DNA of 64,000 nt from Vicugna vicugna (lineage: Eukaryota), in NCBI GenBank assembly GCA_013265495.1, contig MU058584.1, forward strand, positions 6,042,407 to 6,106,406, given 5' to 3'. Of the stretch, positions 1 through 16,613 are shown piece after piece. Both the position numbers and the translations under genes were made by a program. Numbering within the stretch: position 1 is the stretch's first letter; each line of letters opens with the position of its first letter. The notes below the pieces were generated by a model. It had not been told where the DNA came from. It saw only the letters and a list, made by a program, of their open reading frames with translations, and made no database searches.

Positions 1-1194
1 ATATAAGGCATATTTAAATGTTACTGATATCAACAAAAACTCTGATTTCTGAACACCAAAACATCGGGCAAAAGTACTTTAGCAATCTTATCCAATCTTA
101 AGACACGGATGAAAGCATCAGATCTACATAGTATTCTTTGATGCTTTTGTAAAAATTTTAATTCAGCATATCTTTATCTCCCATTCTCATCATTATCAAC
201 ATGTTATATTCTTCAAAATAACTATTTAAAAAGTATCGGCTTTAGATTCAATGGCTTAGCAAAAATGGAACTTGGGAGAAAATGAAAAGGAAGTTACATA
301 AAGAAGAAAAATCAAGTAGAAGTAGTCTTAACAGTGTGAGCTCTGACAATAAAGTACTGAGAGTACTCTAAACAGACAGACCAGAACAGAGACTATGTGC
401 CAGGCACTTGGTAAGTACTTTAAACACTTAATTATTCCTTAGTCTTCAGGAAAAAACACAATGAGATGACACATAAGCAAGGGATTGTCTTTAAAAGAAG
501 TTACCTATGAAAAACTATACTGTCACTTTAATGTTTTCTAATATATGTTTCTTACAGTATCTTCTGTAGTTATATAAATCTTCTCTCTATAAAATATTCT
601 TTTAGAGATTCTCAACCTAGAAAAGCATATTAAAGGCTCCAAGAAGACTCTGTAGCAAGAAAACCTGTTTAACTTACTGTTTCCAAAACTCATTTATCAT
701 AGAACCTTTTTTCATTAAGCAACTATTAATACTAAAGGAATATATTCCATGGAGCACAGCTGAGAAAAGTTAATTTATTCCAATGATGTTAACACTGCTC
801 AAAAGCGTATTTGGAATTTATCTTCCTGGCAGAGTCAGTTTATAAGCCACATTTTAAAAATATTTATTACTTTATGATAAAAAAGAGTTCTCTAGAATAG
901 CTGTTAAAGTGAAAGAGTATTTGACAGCCCATATAAAAATGAACATTTCTCAATTAGACTTGCTATTTATCAGACTTGACTCCTGGAGACTTTATATGGT
1001 TCCAGAAATTAAACTTGTCCTCAAAAGCAAGGAAAACTTCCTCCAAAGATAATACTTAAAGCATGTGTTATAGGCTTTGAATGTAACACCAAAGGAGGTT
1101 CAAAATGTTTTGAGCAATGATCCATTATCATGAAAAAGAAAAAGTCTCCCAAGGTGTTAATTTTAAAGAACATTAACCATATACGTACATGAAT

Positions 1195-1710
1195 TTATTG
1201 ACTAAACTAGATCTAACCACATGTCAGGTACTGTGTTAAGTTCTGGGTATAGATAAAGATGAGGAAAACAAAGCCAGTCCTTGAGCTAGAGGAGCTCAAA
1301 GTTTTTTGGTAAAGACAGGCAAATGGATACATAATTTAAGTACTTTATTAGAGGTGAAAATAAAGACATTACTCCCACTGGTAAAGGGTAGGCACAAGAT
1401 TAGAAAGGCTTAACTGAGACAAAGGCTTATAAACTTATCTTTGATGGCTTGGAGACTGTAAGGGAAAAAAAGGGAGAACAATGCATTTGAGGTTGGCGAG
1501 GCATACAAAGAGGCAGTAAAAGTATGACAAGGAGGGTAGTGTCTGATAAATTAGAAGCTTGGTCTGCTAAGAGAAACTGTGTATTGTAGGGTTAAAGGGG
1601 AACTTTGGAAAGATAGGTTAAGGTCACAGGTTATGAAGAGCTATATACGGGAAGGAAAAGAATTTAGATTTTTCACATGGGTAATGAAAGACTTTATGCA
1701 GTGTTCAAAA
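1195..1710 (-). mobile_element. L2 LINE fragment
   Basis: Reverse-oriented L2 3' end motif (tttattga...atgtcaggtactgtgttaagttctggg) followed by a purine-rich L2-like body. Confidence 0.55.
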
Positions 1711-1789
1711 GCAAAAAATTTTTTTTGATATACAAATAAGCAGATAACCACAACTGAAAAACACACAAAGATTCAGCTTAGATGCCACG

Positions 1790-2015
1790 TCCACTGCCAG
1801 CCTTTCATGACATCTTCAGACTTGGTCATACGTATCTTCTCCGCACATACCATCATGACATATATCACACTGGATTTTAATTTTATATTGATTTACTTGT
1901 CTAGCTTTCTAATTAGATTATAAACTCCCTGAATACAGGGACAGATTTTTTATACATTCAGCACTTTAAAAAGTATGTTAGATGGTCAGAATTGATAAAT
2001 GTTTGCAGAATAAGT
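1790..2015 (+). mobile_element. L2 3' end fragment
   Basis: tagattataaactccctgaatacagggac...ataaatgtttgcagaataa, typical of the L2 tail. Confidence 0.55.
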
Positions 2016-2790
2016 GGTAATTAATTACGTATAGTAAAAGAGATAGCAGACACAAAATTTCCAGCTTGAGGACTGGGTGAATGATACTGTTACTATGCAC
2101 CACCAGTACAGAAGGTAGACTTTTTCAAGGGTGGATGCTGGCAACATCAAGTATCCTTTTGGATACAATAATGATAAAATACCACTTTCTGAGTATCTTT
2201 GCATGTTGGGAGCGATTATAGATGCCTTAAATCCATTAAGACTGACAGCATTAGTACTGATAGCAATCTTATAATGTAGAAGGTCTTTTTATTTTAATAA
2301 ATTTATGGCCATTTTATAGATGCAAGAGTGTATGCTCAAGGAGGTTATGTAACTTATCCAAGGTCCTGCAGGTGGTAAGTGGTAAAAGATAATTTAAAAT
2401 TAGGCTACTGAATTATAAGGCTTTTTAGGCTATGCCATACTACGTCCCTTTAGGCAGATGGAAGACATCCATGTGGCAGTTAGCAAGGAATGCCTGGGGC
2501 TCAAGAAGGAGGTTTTGAAGATGCCATATACTTAGCATATAGCTGGTAGCTGGTGTCATGGGAACAGTAGATATGTTTTCCCATGTACAGTGGATAGATA
2601 AGGTAAGATTAAAAAAGGACTACAGATAGTCTTAGGAACTTCTGATATTTAAGTTATGTTAATGGAGAAGGAAGTTATGATATATTTGTTAAGTTTCTTA
2701 GGAATCATAGCTTGATAAGCAAAATGTTCTACCTGTATACTGATTTGGGGTAAACAGATTCTGTGAAAAATAGCTTGCCCTCTAAATTTA

Positions 2791-3096
<306 letters not shown>

Positions 3097-4619
3097 CTAA
3101 AAGGGACGAGGAGACAAGTAAAGAACAATTAGTTTAAATTCTTTATAACATCTGAGTGGCATATATCACTTATGTCTTAGGTGTTTTTCATAAATTACAT
3201 GATGATGATCGGTGAATAACTTTCATAATATATTTTCAGAAGTTTTAAGTAAATTTGGTTATGGTTAAACTTAATAGGTTAAATTACATTGAAATGCAAA
3301 ATAAAAAGTAATAGTTTGAAAAGAGAAATTACATAATCTCTGAGTTTAAACCAGAACATTTGAGATTGTTCATCTCAAAAGGTTCTATTTGAAGAACTGA
3401 GAAATAAAACTGGTTTAAGAGAATAGTAACAGTGCTTTTCTGTAATTTCCACTGTATTTTGCCACCAAGTATAAAGAACTGATTAACTTCTAAGTCCCTA
3501 ACGTAAAATGGCAATACTTACCACCACTGCGGTTCTTTTTATTTATTTATTTATTTTTTGGTCCCTCATAAAAATTGTTCAAATAATTCTAATTTGTGAG
3601 ATAAATCTGGTACTTTTTTGTTTCTATAATGTTGACCTCACATGAGAAAAAGTTCTTTAAAAGAAAATCACACCTTCTAAATTCTAAGGTTTTGGTAGAA
3701 ATTAGACTGTTATAAACAGGTTTTTCCTTTGTTGAATAATGTTAACAAAATTAAAATTTACTTATTGGCATGTAATAATAAGGTAATTTTAGTTTCAAAC
3801 TAATTAATTATACTAGAAGAAATGAATGTTATGTAATCATATGAGCTAATTAAGAAACGTTTATTATCATACAAAGAATACTTTAACAGAATAGCTGATG
3901 ACCACTGATTAAAATTTGTAATGGCAAAAGCAAATACTTACAGAAATTGAATTTTTAGGTACTGGTTATGAAATTTTATCTACTAATAGTTTGCTATCAA
4001 CTCTTGGCAACAGTTTAGTGCTATCTGGTAACAGATTTAAGGGTTAACAGAACATCCAACTAGTTGGGTAGAATAAATTGTGGGCCCCTCAAAGTCCATT
4101 TGTTCCAAATAAATTCCTTCACTAACTTGCCAAAGTATCACTCTCTCATACCACCTGGGCTAAAATTTTATTCATTACTCTCTCAGTATAAATTGTTCCT
4201 CACTTAACCCCAAGGGTTTTAATCTTGAAAATTCATATATTTCTTAAGAAGAGTAGTATACAGCCTCTGTCTGTGATAACCACATATCAGAGAACAACAG
4301 AATACAGTAAAATACTGGGCTGGCTGTCGGCTTGCTTTATTTCAGCTCTCTCAGTCATAAACAATGTGAGACAGCAATTCAAGGACACAGGTCATTTGGT
4401 TTCAACTTTCTCTAGCTCACCACATAATCCTCATTCTGATTCTGCCAACTACGTTGTCTTTATGTTCACCTACTAACCACCTAGTCTTAATTATTCTAAC
4501 TTGAAAACTCCTGGTTACCAAAGCAAATACATATATACTATTTGTAGAAATACTTCAAACATGGAGGAATTATCTTTAGATGATAATTATCTTTAAAATG
4601 CATTATGTTAAAGAATTTA

Positions 4620-5420
4620 CAAATTAAACTTTTAAAGATTCAGGAGAGAAAAATGGACAAAGGCTTCAAATAGGCACTTCATGTTATTAGCCATACCTAA
4701 AGGCCAATACACACAAACAGGTATTTAATTTAATTATTAGAGAGAGGCAAGTTAAAACCACAAATGAGATACCACCAAGCTACAGTTGAACAGACTAGAT
4801 GTCCAGATATGCTGGTGATGCAAAATAGCTGGAACTTTTGCACATTGCTGGTAGGACTAAAAATTGCCACAACTACTTTGGAAAACAGATTGGAATTATT
4901 TCTAAAGCCACATACATGCATACTCTGTGACCCAGCAATTCTGCTCCTACGTATGTGTCTAATAGAAATGAGTAAATATGTTCAGTAAATGAAAGGTTTA
5001 AGAATGTTCATAGGAGCATTATTTATAATAGCCCTACTCCCTTAAAAAACAAATAAAAACCACCACCCTACTATCAATCAATAGCAGAAAGGAAAAACAG
5101 CGGTATATTTACACAGCAATAAAAAACATACTTCTGTACACAACATAGATGAATCTCACATTTATAATATAGGGCAAAAGAAACAAGAATCTATTTACAA
5201 AAAGACGAAAACCAAGCAAAGTTAATCTATGGTGATAAAAGAAAGAACAGAAACCAGTTTGGAGAAGGTGGAGATGACTGGGAGGTAGCAGAAGAAGGAC
5301 TTCTGGGTACTGGGAATATTTTATTTCCTTATATGAGTGAGAACGACACAAGGGTGCTCACTTTGAAAATTCACTGTACTATAAATACTTACAATTTGTG
5401 TATTTTTCTTTATGTATACG
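4620..5420 (+). mobile_element. old L1 (L1M-type) ORF2 end/3' UTR fragment
   Basis: aaaccacaaatgagataccac, actttggaaaacag, gacccagcaattctgctcct, gaatgttcataggagcattatttataatagc. Confidence 0.8.
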
Positions 5421-5551
5421 TCAAAAAAGGCTATTAAAAATTAAACAAAATGCACATATATTATACCTGGTATGGGAAAAAACTTAGTGTCTTTTTAGGC
5501 TTCCCATATTAATATATTTAACATCTATACTAGCTACTTTTAATGTATATC

Positions 5552-5925
5552 TGCTATAAACTGAATTACATTCTTCCAAAATTCGTATGTTGAAGCCCCA
5601 ACCCCAAATGTGACTGCATTTGGAGACAGGGTTAAATGAAGTTAACAAGGGTAGAATTCTGAACCCATAAGATTATGAACCTTGTAAGAAGGGACACCAG
5701 AGCACTTCTGGGTGCTAGTTCCTACCCTACTCCTCTGCCATGTGAGGATGTGAGGACACATTAAGTGGCCTTCTGCAAGCCAGGAAGAAAGACCTCACCA
5801 GAATCAAACTGCCTGCACCTTGACCTTAGACTTCTTAGCTTCCAGAACTATGAGAAAATACATTTCTGTTTTTAAGCCACCCAGTCTGTGGTATTTTGTT
5901 ACGGAAGCCTGGGCAGACTAACACA
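5552..5925 (+). mobile_element. MaLR solo LTR (MLT1A-like)
   Basis: TG...CA ends, about 374 bp, motifs ccaaaattcgtatgttgaagcc and gagaaaatacatttctgtttttaagccacccagtctgtggtattttgtt. Confidence 0.85.
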
Positions 5926-6055
5926 AGGTCCTAGAGAACGTGGCCCAAATAGAACGCTGTTAGATTCAGACAAATTTTGTATGCAGTGTGGACAGCAATG
6001 GACCCTGCCCCCTTAAGAGCAATGCAAAGGTAAGGGGAAGACTATCTAGGCCTCC

Positions 6056-6215
6056 ACTGTTCAATATTGTAGCCACAAACTACTGTGGCTAGTTAAATTT
6101 AATTTAAAATTCAGGTTCTCGTTCCCAACAGCCACATTTCAAGTATTCAGTTGCCACATGGGTTGGAAGAGCAGAAAGAGAACACTTTATTCACTGCAGA
6201 AAGTCTGGAGGACAA
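6056..6215. mobile_element. hAT-Charlie MITE (MER3-like)
   Basis: ctgttcaatattgtagccac...tgtggcta, cagccacatttcaagtattca. Confidence 0.65.
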
Positions 6216-6628
6216 TATTATGTATGGATCCAGGTGGGAATATGCTTAGAGTTAGCTTCCAAATAAAACTTTTCTGATTAGAAATCATGATATTTAAAAA
6301 AGAGTTTGCACAAGATAGGAGGTACACTTAACCAACAGAAAGTTCAAAAGAAAGAAGAAATGATAGAATATCAGTTGTTAAAGGCTGATAAGAGGAGGGT
6401 AGTATGTGTAAAACTGGCCCTGAATCACTTTACAGTAACATTCTTAACTTTGCAGCCTAAAGCTATTTGATTTTACTCTACCTAATCCCAGGGAAAGGTA
6501 TATTTAATTCGTTTTTCTTAACTATATACAATTTAAGTTGCTATGACTAAAACAATAAGATTAAATAATATTTCATGATTGTAGACTCCATATATAAAAA
6601 TCTAAACTCATAAGCTGTTTCTATATTA

Positions 6629-6847
<219 letters not shown>

Positions 6848-7390
6848 TTATATTGCCAAAACCAAGTCACAGAAAAGATACTGAAAGCTATTAAATCAGT
6901 TCTTCTGAATCCTTAACACGCTTATAAATTTGTCCTTTTCCCAAAATTCCATGTTCCTTGATGAGTTTATGGTGAAAGGGGCGGCAGAGAAGTGGAAATA
7001 AGTCTGGAAATACAAATGGATGACAAAGTAAACAAGGAAAACAGAAGAGTCATTTGAATACTTCAAAGAACCTATGTGTGCGTGCGCACTCATGTGTAGA
7101 GGGGGATGGTGTTTGGTAATCTAAAGAAGGCAGGAAAAAAAAAAGAAGAAGGCAGAATAGGAAAGGGAAACTAGTATTAAGAAAACAGATTGTTAGAGAA
7201 AAGAGTATATACATATAAAAGGAGAACTAGTGACTGCCTTTCTGAGAGACAGAAAGGAGAAGTAGGGCTAGAACTAGAGGTGTGGGAAGAAAATGTGTTA
7301 CCTAGTATAATCATGGCAAAACACTGCTCTAGCAGCCTTCCCTACAACGTAAAGAAATAACTTAATGATTACACATAAGTGAAATATTTA

Positions 7391-7579
<189 letters not shown>

Positions 7580-7931
7580 TTATTTCAAATTTAAAATATG
7601 ATTTTTGCAGAAGAATCAATCTAAATAATTTAACCCATAGGAAGAAAAAGTATCAAATGTGATTCTCTTGTTTTAATAACCTTGAGGAGACTATGTTAAG
7701 GGAGACTATGGTGAACTGGTTTAAGGCAAGAAAACTAGAGTGAGGATAGAAAGGTTGGAGATAGGAATAATAACAGAAAAAGAATATTAAAACTTAGGTT
7801 GAGATTTCTGGAAGCTAAACTTACAAGGAAGTTGATAACAGAAGGACCAATTTGGGTCATGAGTTAATATTTGATAAGAGCTCAGTAAGAGTTCTACTTC
7901 CAAGTGTAGCACTTTAAAGCTTTGATTCTCA

Positions 7932-8132
<201 letters not shown>

Positions 8133-8189
8133 TTAATGATTTTTAATTTATAGTTCTCAAAGAAAACCCCAGTTTACACACAGAAAATG

Positions 8190-8470
8190 CATAAATCTTG
8201 GGTACAAAATTGGTTAATTTTAATAAATGTATGTCCCTATGAATTCATATCCAGAGTAAGATATAGAATATTTCCATTTAGTCCAGAAAGTTCCCTTGTG
8301 CCCCTTCCCAAACTTATCCCCCAAATACAATTACTTTTCTTCTTTTCTCCTCCTTTTCCTCTTCCTCCTCTTCCTCTTTTCCTTATTTTTGCTTTTTAAA
8401 CACAGATTAGCTTTGCCTCTTCTAGAATTTCACATCAGTGGAAACACACAGTATGTATTCTTTTGTGTAT
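8190..8470 (-). mobile_element. L1 3' UTR fragment with embedded CT-rich tract
   Basis: agatatagaatatttccat...ccagaaagttcccttgtgcccc...ttctagaatttcacat...cagtatgtattcttttgtgt. Confidence 0.6.
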
Positions 8471-9297
8471 GAAAATATGTACCACAAATTTTAAAAACGT
8501 AAATAACTTTTGACCAAGAAAAACTGTACACCTAGGAATTTATTATAAGAATATAAAATGGAGATGTGAGGATTCAGAGAAAGGAAAATTGCTACAGCAT
8601 TGCTTGTAACAGAAAAGGAGCGGCAATACACTATCCAAACTAGCAGATTAAACTATGGGAAATCCCTTAATGGATTATTTTGCAGCGATTAGCAATTGTA
8701 TTTTATAAAAGCATTCAGTCACATGAAAATGATAGTCAGATATTATTAACTTTAAAAAAGCTTAAAAAAAAGTCACCATATATTTTTAAATTAACTACAT
8801 GCAAAAGCAATGTATCAAAGTTTTATCTGATTATCTTTGGATAGTGAGGGTAAAATTTTAAATTTTTTTCCTATTTGCTCATTTGTACTTTTTATAATGA
8901 ACATGCAAACTTTTCAAATAAGAAAAAGCTATTGAGCAGACTCTAAAATATCCTAATTCACAAGTCATTTTATGAAGATGTTAGAAAAATGAACAGCTAA
9001 TACATTTGTATTGTAACATCTTACACTGTAGCAGATTGCTTTGCAAATAAAAAGTTTTGTTTTATATAGAAAATGTTTTTAAAAATGAAATTTCAATTTG
9101 GGGTAACTGATTAAATGGTTTGTAAAATATTACTGAAGGGTAAGTATGTTTTACTCATGATGTAAGAATTTTCTGAGTCTTTTTAAGGATTATATTTAAG
9201 GATTATACCGATAATTTAAAAAACTATCTGAAAATAGGATTTACGTATTTACTTTAATTATTAATTCCTAGGTTATCTATTAAGCTCAAAGGCACTA

Positions 9298-9408
<111 letters not shown>

Positions 9409-9650
9409 CTAGCAAGAAGCACAGGACAAATTTTACTCAAAAAAACCCCCCAAAACACACAAGAAACAGAAGCAATATTTTATTACAATGTGTTATCTTA
9501 GTTTGTATGTTGGAAATAATATAATTACATTTTCAACATAGAAATGGTAGACTTTATTGAATAACAGAATGAATAAATGCTTAATGGATTATTAGATGAT
9601 CAGCAATGAATGTAAATATCCAAGGACAGTGGAGAATATAGGATAAATAT

Positions 9651-9696
9651 TTTGCATTTAAGGAATTTAAAACCTTTGCATTTAAGGAATTTAAAA
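9651..9696. repeat. Tandem duplication, period 24
   Basis: tttgcatttaaggaatttaaaa at 9651-9672 and 9675-9696, identical. Confidence 0.9.
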
Positions 9697-12600
9697 TACT
9701 GTATGGAAGTAGAACATTCTGAGCAAAAAAATAGCTTGTGCAGAGGTTACAAGGCGGGAGAAACACCATTCTTTTCAAGAACTGGAACAAGTCAAGTATG
9801 GATGGAAATAGGGTAAGAAAATGTGGCAAAACCATCCAAAGGGCTAGAGGAAAAGTCCAGGTAAGATGTTGGCTGCCTGGATTAGGTAGGGCAGTGGGGA
9901 TATAGATAATAAGGATGCATCAGAGATATATGCAGGAAAGAGAGTCAAACTGGGATTTAATAACTGTCTAGACTATGGCAAAGATGAAATAATCTTAATT
10001 TATTCAATATACATTTAACAGATTGTGCTACCTATCTATATATTAACTGTCAATTAAAATTAAACTACAAATTAATAAAAATGTAGGTGATAATCCTTTA
10101 ATGTAAATACATAATAGTATGTTTTTCATACTCTAATTAAACACCTACTATAGATTCTTCCAAACTTCTACTTTTTAATATAAAGCTATATTGATATAAG
10201 CTTTTTTATAATAACAAAAATCTATTTGTTATATCAAAGCAATGCTTAGCAAGGCAAAATATCTGTTGCTATTTATTTGAAATTAACCTCGTAGTATGAA
10301 ATTTGCCCTTAAAAATGGTATTACAGGTGATTTGTTAGAAGTTGAGGTTTTGCTTTGCTTTGCTTTTGTAATTTCCATGTTAAGTCCCGTGGTATAATAA
10401 TCAGGAGCTAGCTTTTTAAAAAATAATGCATGGTTTGAAATCTTATCCAATCCCCACAACCGAAAATCATGAGAAATTAGGACCAAATGAGAATGAAATA
10501 TATCATGATATAGAATTAGCTTTTCATAATAAGAAAGAGAAACAATTCAATTTTAATTAAAGCATTTACATTTTAAAATAATACTTTAGTTAAAACTCCC
10601 CATGCAACATTATGTCTTTAATTTGATTGCTACTCATAGCACTTCAAAAGTAAGTGTAATTACTGACAACTAGGAAATATTAAAACTAGATTTGCTCTGT
10701 TTTAACTATGTCCATTGTCATCTTTTACTAATTTAACAGGAAGGCACTAAAAGGACTTCAGTCTGTGCAGTGAAGAGGCAATAGTGTTCAATCAGACAAG
10801 TCCCATATTGAGTATCAGATACCAAAGACCCAGGACTGAAATCACTGTGTCTAGACTCTCTGGCACCTGACTTCACTTATTTACCAGTGACCAGAGGCCA
10901 ACCCCCACAGCTCTCTGTATTCACATACACCTCTACCAACCCCACCCCCCTACCCAAACATCTTTGAATGATTATGGCAGAACTTTGCATGCCTCAGGAA
11001 TCTCTTCTGACTGGCTACTCCCTAACTCTGCTGTTTGAAGTGATGCTCTGGTTTCTGAACTTCAGCAGATAATGGCAGGCAGGAGCAAAGGGGGCTGTCA
11101 GAAAGGACGTTTACCAGCATTCAGCTAAAAAGAAGCATGTAGATCAAAGAGGGGCCAAATAGGACAACTGTGGTGGAAAACATGTGGATTACTACGAAGA
11201 TTCTTGCACACTGTTCTAGGGTAAAATATTAAATAACACCATGACATCATTACCTAAACATGTACTTTGATTGGCCATTATATTACCAATAAATACTTTT
11301 ATAAGCATCTGGATGGCATTTGCACCTATTTAAACAAAACATGCATCTTAGAGGTCTAAATAACAATGAACTGTTAATGTGTACTTTTAACTATTATTAG
11401 AATACAACCATTAACTCCTGGTTATCCCCAAGTATGCTTACCTAAAACAATTCACCCACTGAGGCCATTAAGATCATATATAAAGACTTGCTCTGGCCCC
11501 CAAATTTTACACAATAGTGGCATAACAGAGGAAAAAAATTAGAATATATTGGATAATTAGAGGCAATAAAGTAAAGGAGAAGCAAAGCAACATAACATTG
11601 GGAGAGATTATGAGGCATGTTGAATTTATAATCACCTACTCTGAATGTTAAATAATTTACAAAAGCAAACACTAATCTAATTATAGGTTTACATTAGAGC
11701 ATGTCACAATCTGTTTCCACCGAAGTCCAGCTCATTAAGACTGAGAAATCAATAGAATCATGTTTTCCCCCCAAGAAATAATAATCATGCACCACATACA
11801 ACCTCATTAGGTTAATTTAATTTATGAAATGCTATTCCATGAGCACAATGTTAAGACATTGTTTATTTGGACTAATAAAATTCATTAGAAGAAATTTTTG
11901 GAACCATAGGTTTATCCTATAAAACACATATAAGGAAAGGAGTATTTAAATTGGACTCTGAGTGGTTCCAAAATAATGAAAAAGATTTGATATTTTACTA
12001 ATGGACCTTATTTTTGTACAGTGTTTTACAGTTTATAAAGCTCCTCTACATATATACATATATCTCATGTAGTTAAAGAATATGGCCAAACCTCACATTC
12101 TTTTTGATCACTGAAATGAGTATGAATGACAACTGAACCACTGTTTTTCTACTTTCAAAGTTATTTTAGGCTTCTCATTTGAAAAATTCATCTGCAACAC
12201 TTGACAATCTTATTAAACAAAAATTAATATGCATAATTTCAAAGTGAACAGAGTATTACATTAACTCTAATATATTCGAAACCTCAAATATGGCTTTATT
12301 TAATAAGTAGGTTAACCGCTGCCCGTCACAAATGAATTTGAAGCTTTGCTAGTAATCACTTCAAGTAGCCACTACTTCTGAAAGAAGTATCTTTTTAATT
12401 CCTGCAGGAAGCTTGAAAATTTCAATTTAATCCCAGGGTTTTTTTTCCCCCCATGTTTCTTTTATTTTACAATGTACTTTTTACAGTATACTTTATAAAT
12501 GGCACTGGGTGGCAATTAAATCATGTCAACTTTTCCTTAAATATGTCAAAATCGAGCCTTATAAACTAGAAGTTATAGGTGGATAGCACTTTAGGAACAA

Positions 12601-14169
12601 ATATATTTTAGAGTATCACTTGGTTTCTTAAATAAGGCCTCATACTAAAAACTTTCAGGATGTTTACATCATAATTTGTTAATACAGCCTCACTTTTGTT
12701 ACCAGGGCTGAGCTTTTAAAAAGGAAATACAATAAACAAAAAACCAAAAACATCGACTACTGCGTTTTGGAAAATTTTGTTCATGAAATACAGATCATAA
12801 ATGTTCTGAAAACCCCCTTGCAGAAATGTTTGATGTTAGAAAATTATCTGGCAAGAAAACAAGCATGTATATTGTCCTTGAAAAATCTACAGACAAAATC
12901 TTCAACTGCAATAATAACAATGTCTCAAAAGTAACCTAAGTAGGCTCTTGTTTCTGATTATTTATTTAAAATAACGTTTAATATTTTATATTTGAGACCA
13001 TACATCCAAAAGAGAAGGGTAACTCCAAATTTAGGATTCAATAAAATAAGTTTTTCTTCCCTTTTTAGTTTACATTTATTTCTCTTTAATGTTATTCTCT
13101 TTAAACCTAATCTGGATAAGAAGTCAATCTCAGCAATTCTTTTATCCCTGCTTTCCAATTCACATCCTGTAGGCAGTGAAGTTCCTACAATCCTAAACGG
13201 GACTGGAAAAGGAACACCCTTTGCAACCGCAAAGCAAAAATCTTTGGAACATGTGGAGTGAGACTGCAGTAAGTCACCTGTAATCCCCCTTTGACATGGC
13301 TACTCTTTTACTGAAAACTTGTTTGATAAAGAGTTTGATTACACTTTACATGGACTATAGTCTGACATGCGTTATCTCTATAAGAAACCTTGTCTTGTTA
13401 AGAGAAAATATACTGTATATTCTTTGAATGACAGCTATTTTCTATAAACAAGCATAATTAGTTTACTCCCTGATATAAAAGTCTAAGAAATTATTCTTAA
13501 GAGTTAATCAGTTTTTTGATTACATGGAAAGTGTCAAAATTCTAGAATAGCAAATTCAATTTTTAGAACTGCCTTGTTAATTTGGGATGACTAGAAGGAT
13601 GTTCAAAAGAATTAACAGAAAGAAAAAGTATGGTCTATTTTTTACTACATATTCATTATTTGTCAAATAATATATACTTAATAACTTACATTAGGCTAAT
13701 AAGGAATTGCCTAGTCATCTTGAAAGATTTAATTAATGACTTACTATTCATATTCTTCTAAAGTGTCTTTCAAAGTGTCATTTTTACTGTATATTATACA
13801 TCCTACAATTTTGTTTTTTGTAATTTAGAAAGCCATTTTATAAAAAATAATCTCATATTAAAAATCAGCTCAACTAGTATTCCAATCATCATATAGTATT
13901 CAAATGAGTAGAGCTCTGTAAATAATAAAGATTAATGGCACATTAGTGATTCTATGAATATAAATTCCCTAAAAGTAAAATCGTATCTGTATAGAATCCT
14001 TACCCTGATTAACATAGTCCATGAAAAAAAAATCACTAAACTCCTTCAAGACAAACAGACCTAACATATGAAATGTATCAAGCAACTGAGTTATAACAAA
14101 AATCTTTCTCGAGAATAGTGTTATAAAAATAAAAGAATTTTGATGATGTATTTTCCCATCTGAGAATGC

Positions 14170-15307
<1,138 letters not shown>

Positions 15308-16354
15308 TTACTGCATTAAAACTTTTAAACTCCTAAATCAAAAAATTTCTTATATAACCCTAAATTTAGAAAATATTTTGAGCTCCTCATTTCAATTCCA
15401 AAGTTTGGAGCACACTATCTGTGAAAAATCACTAATTTCCAGGAATATATGTATTTTGCAAGGTGTTTTTTTGGAAAAAAATTAACCACCAGCCCACCAT
15501 AAAGTAGATTTAACCATTGGCCTCCCTATCCTTACTGTTTTATCAAAATATGTGATTAATACATTTTACTGACAGTAATGTTTTAGAAGTAGTAAACATA
15601 GTAACAATGTATTAGAAATTGTAAACAAATAAGTATTTTTAATTCCTATGAATCAGACACTAGAAAAATAACATAAATGATAAAGAATTAGAATAGTATT
15701 TGCAACATTAAAAAAAATATGTGACTACAAAATGCTAAAGGGTATAAACTAAGCGTAGTCTAAGGATTGTCTCAGAACTTCTAAGGTAAGATTACTCTAG
15801 TTTTATACACCTTGAAACAGAAAAAAGAAAAGTGAATAATGTATCTTAGATCTGTAGATATATCTTAGATTCTTGTACTCCTCCTACAAGCTTTCTGACA
15901 GACCATATTTCAAGGACCTATTTATGATCTCAAAGTCAGTGGCTAGACTAGAAAGAGTGAGAAAAGTTGTTTAGCCAAAAAATTTCTTTTTGAAAATTTT
16001 GGGCTATGAGAAGTCCTTGGAGATATCTGAAGTTTAAAAAAAAATCTAGCATATAAGTAAATGTAGCTGATAAATAATATATCAAGAAAATTTTAAAAAT
16101 ATTTTAACACGGAGGATACATTCAGCACCTTTATCCTTGTGTCTACCATAGTAAAAAAATTACTAAATACTTAAGAGTTTTTTCAAAAAACTATTTTATA
16201 TTCTTACCTAATTTTTTTCAGATATTAGGCATATCTTTAAAAGGTGGCTAGAAATTCTTAGAGGACAAACTTTGGTATTCTCACAGGCTTAGTATAGCAC
16301 GTGGAAGTTTCTCAATAAATATCTGCTGATTGATTCAGTTTTTAGTATTTAAAA

Positions 16355-16613
16355 AACATGGTGACAATAGTTAACAATACTGTATTGTATATTTGAAAAT
16401 TGTTAAGAGAGTAAATCTTAAAAGCTCCCACCACCAGAAAAAAAAGCAAAGTAATTATGTGAGGTGATAGATGTGGTAACTAACCTTAGAGTGGTAACCT
16501 TATAGTTAACTAACCTTATATATTTTATAATATATACATATATCAAATCATTACACCTTAAACTTATATTCTGCTATATGTCAATTAGATCTCAAGAAAG
16601 CTGGAAAAAAAAA
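16355..16613 (+). mobile_element. L1 3' end (L1MA-like)
   Basis: acatggtgacaatagttaacaatactgtattgtatatttgaaa...tatatgtcaattagatctcaagaaagctggaaaaaaaa. Confidence 0.8.

Noticed and set aside
9651..9696. Direct repeats as a CRISPR-like or functional array (also 39461-39530)
   Set aside because: Two-copy slippage duplications inside old repeats; no spacers; mammalian DNA.
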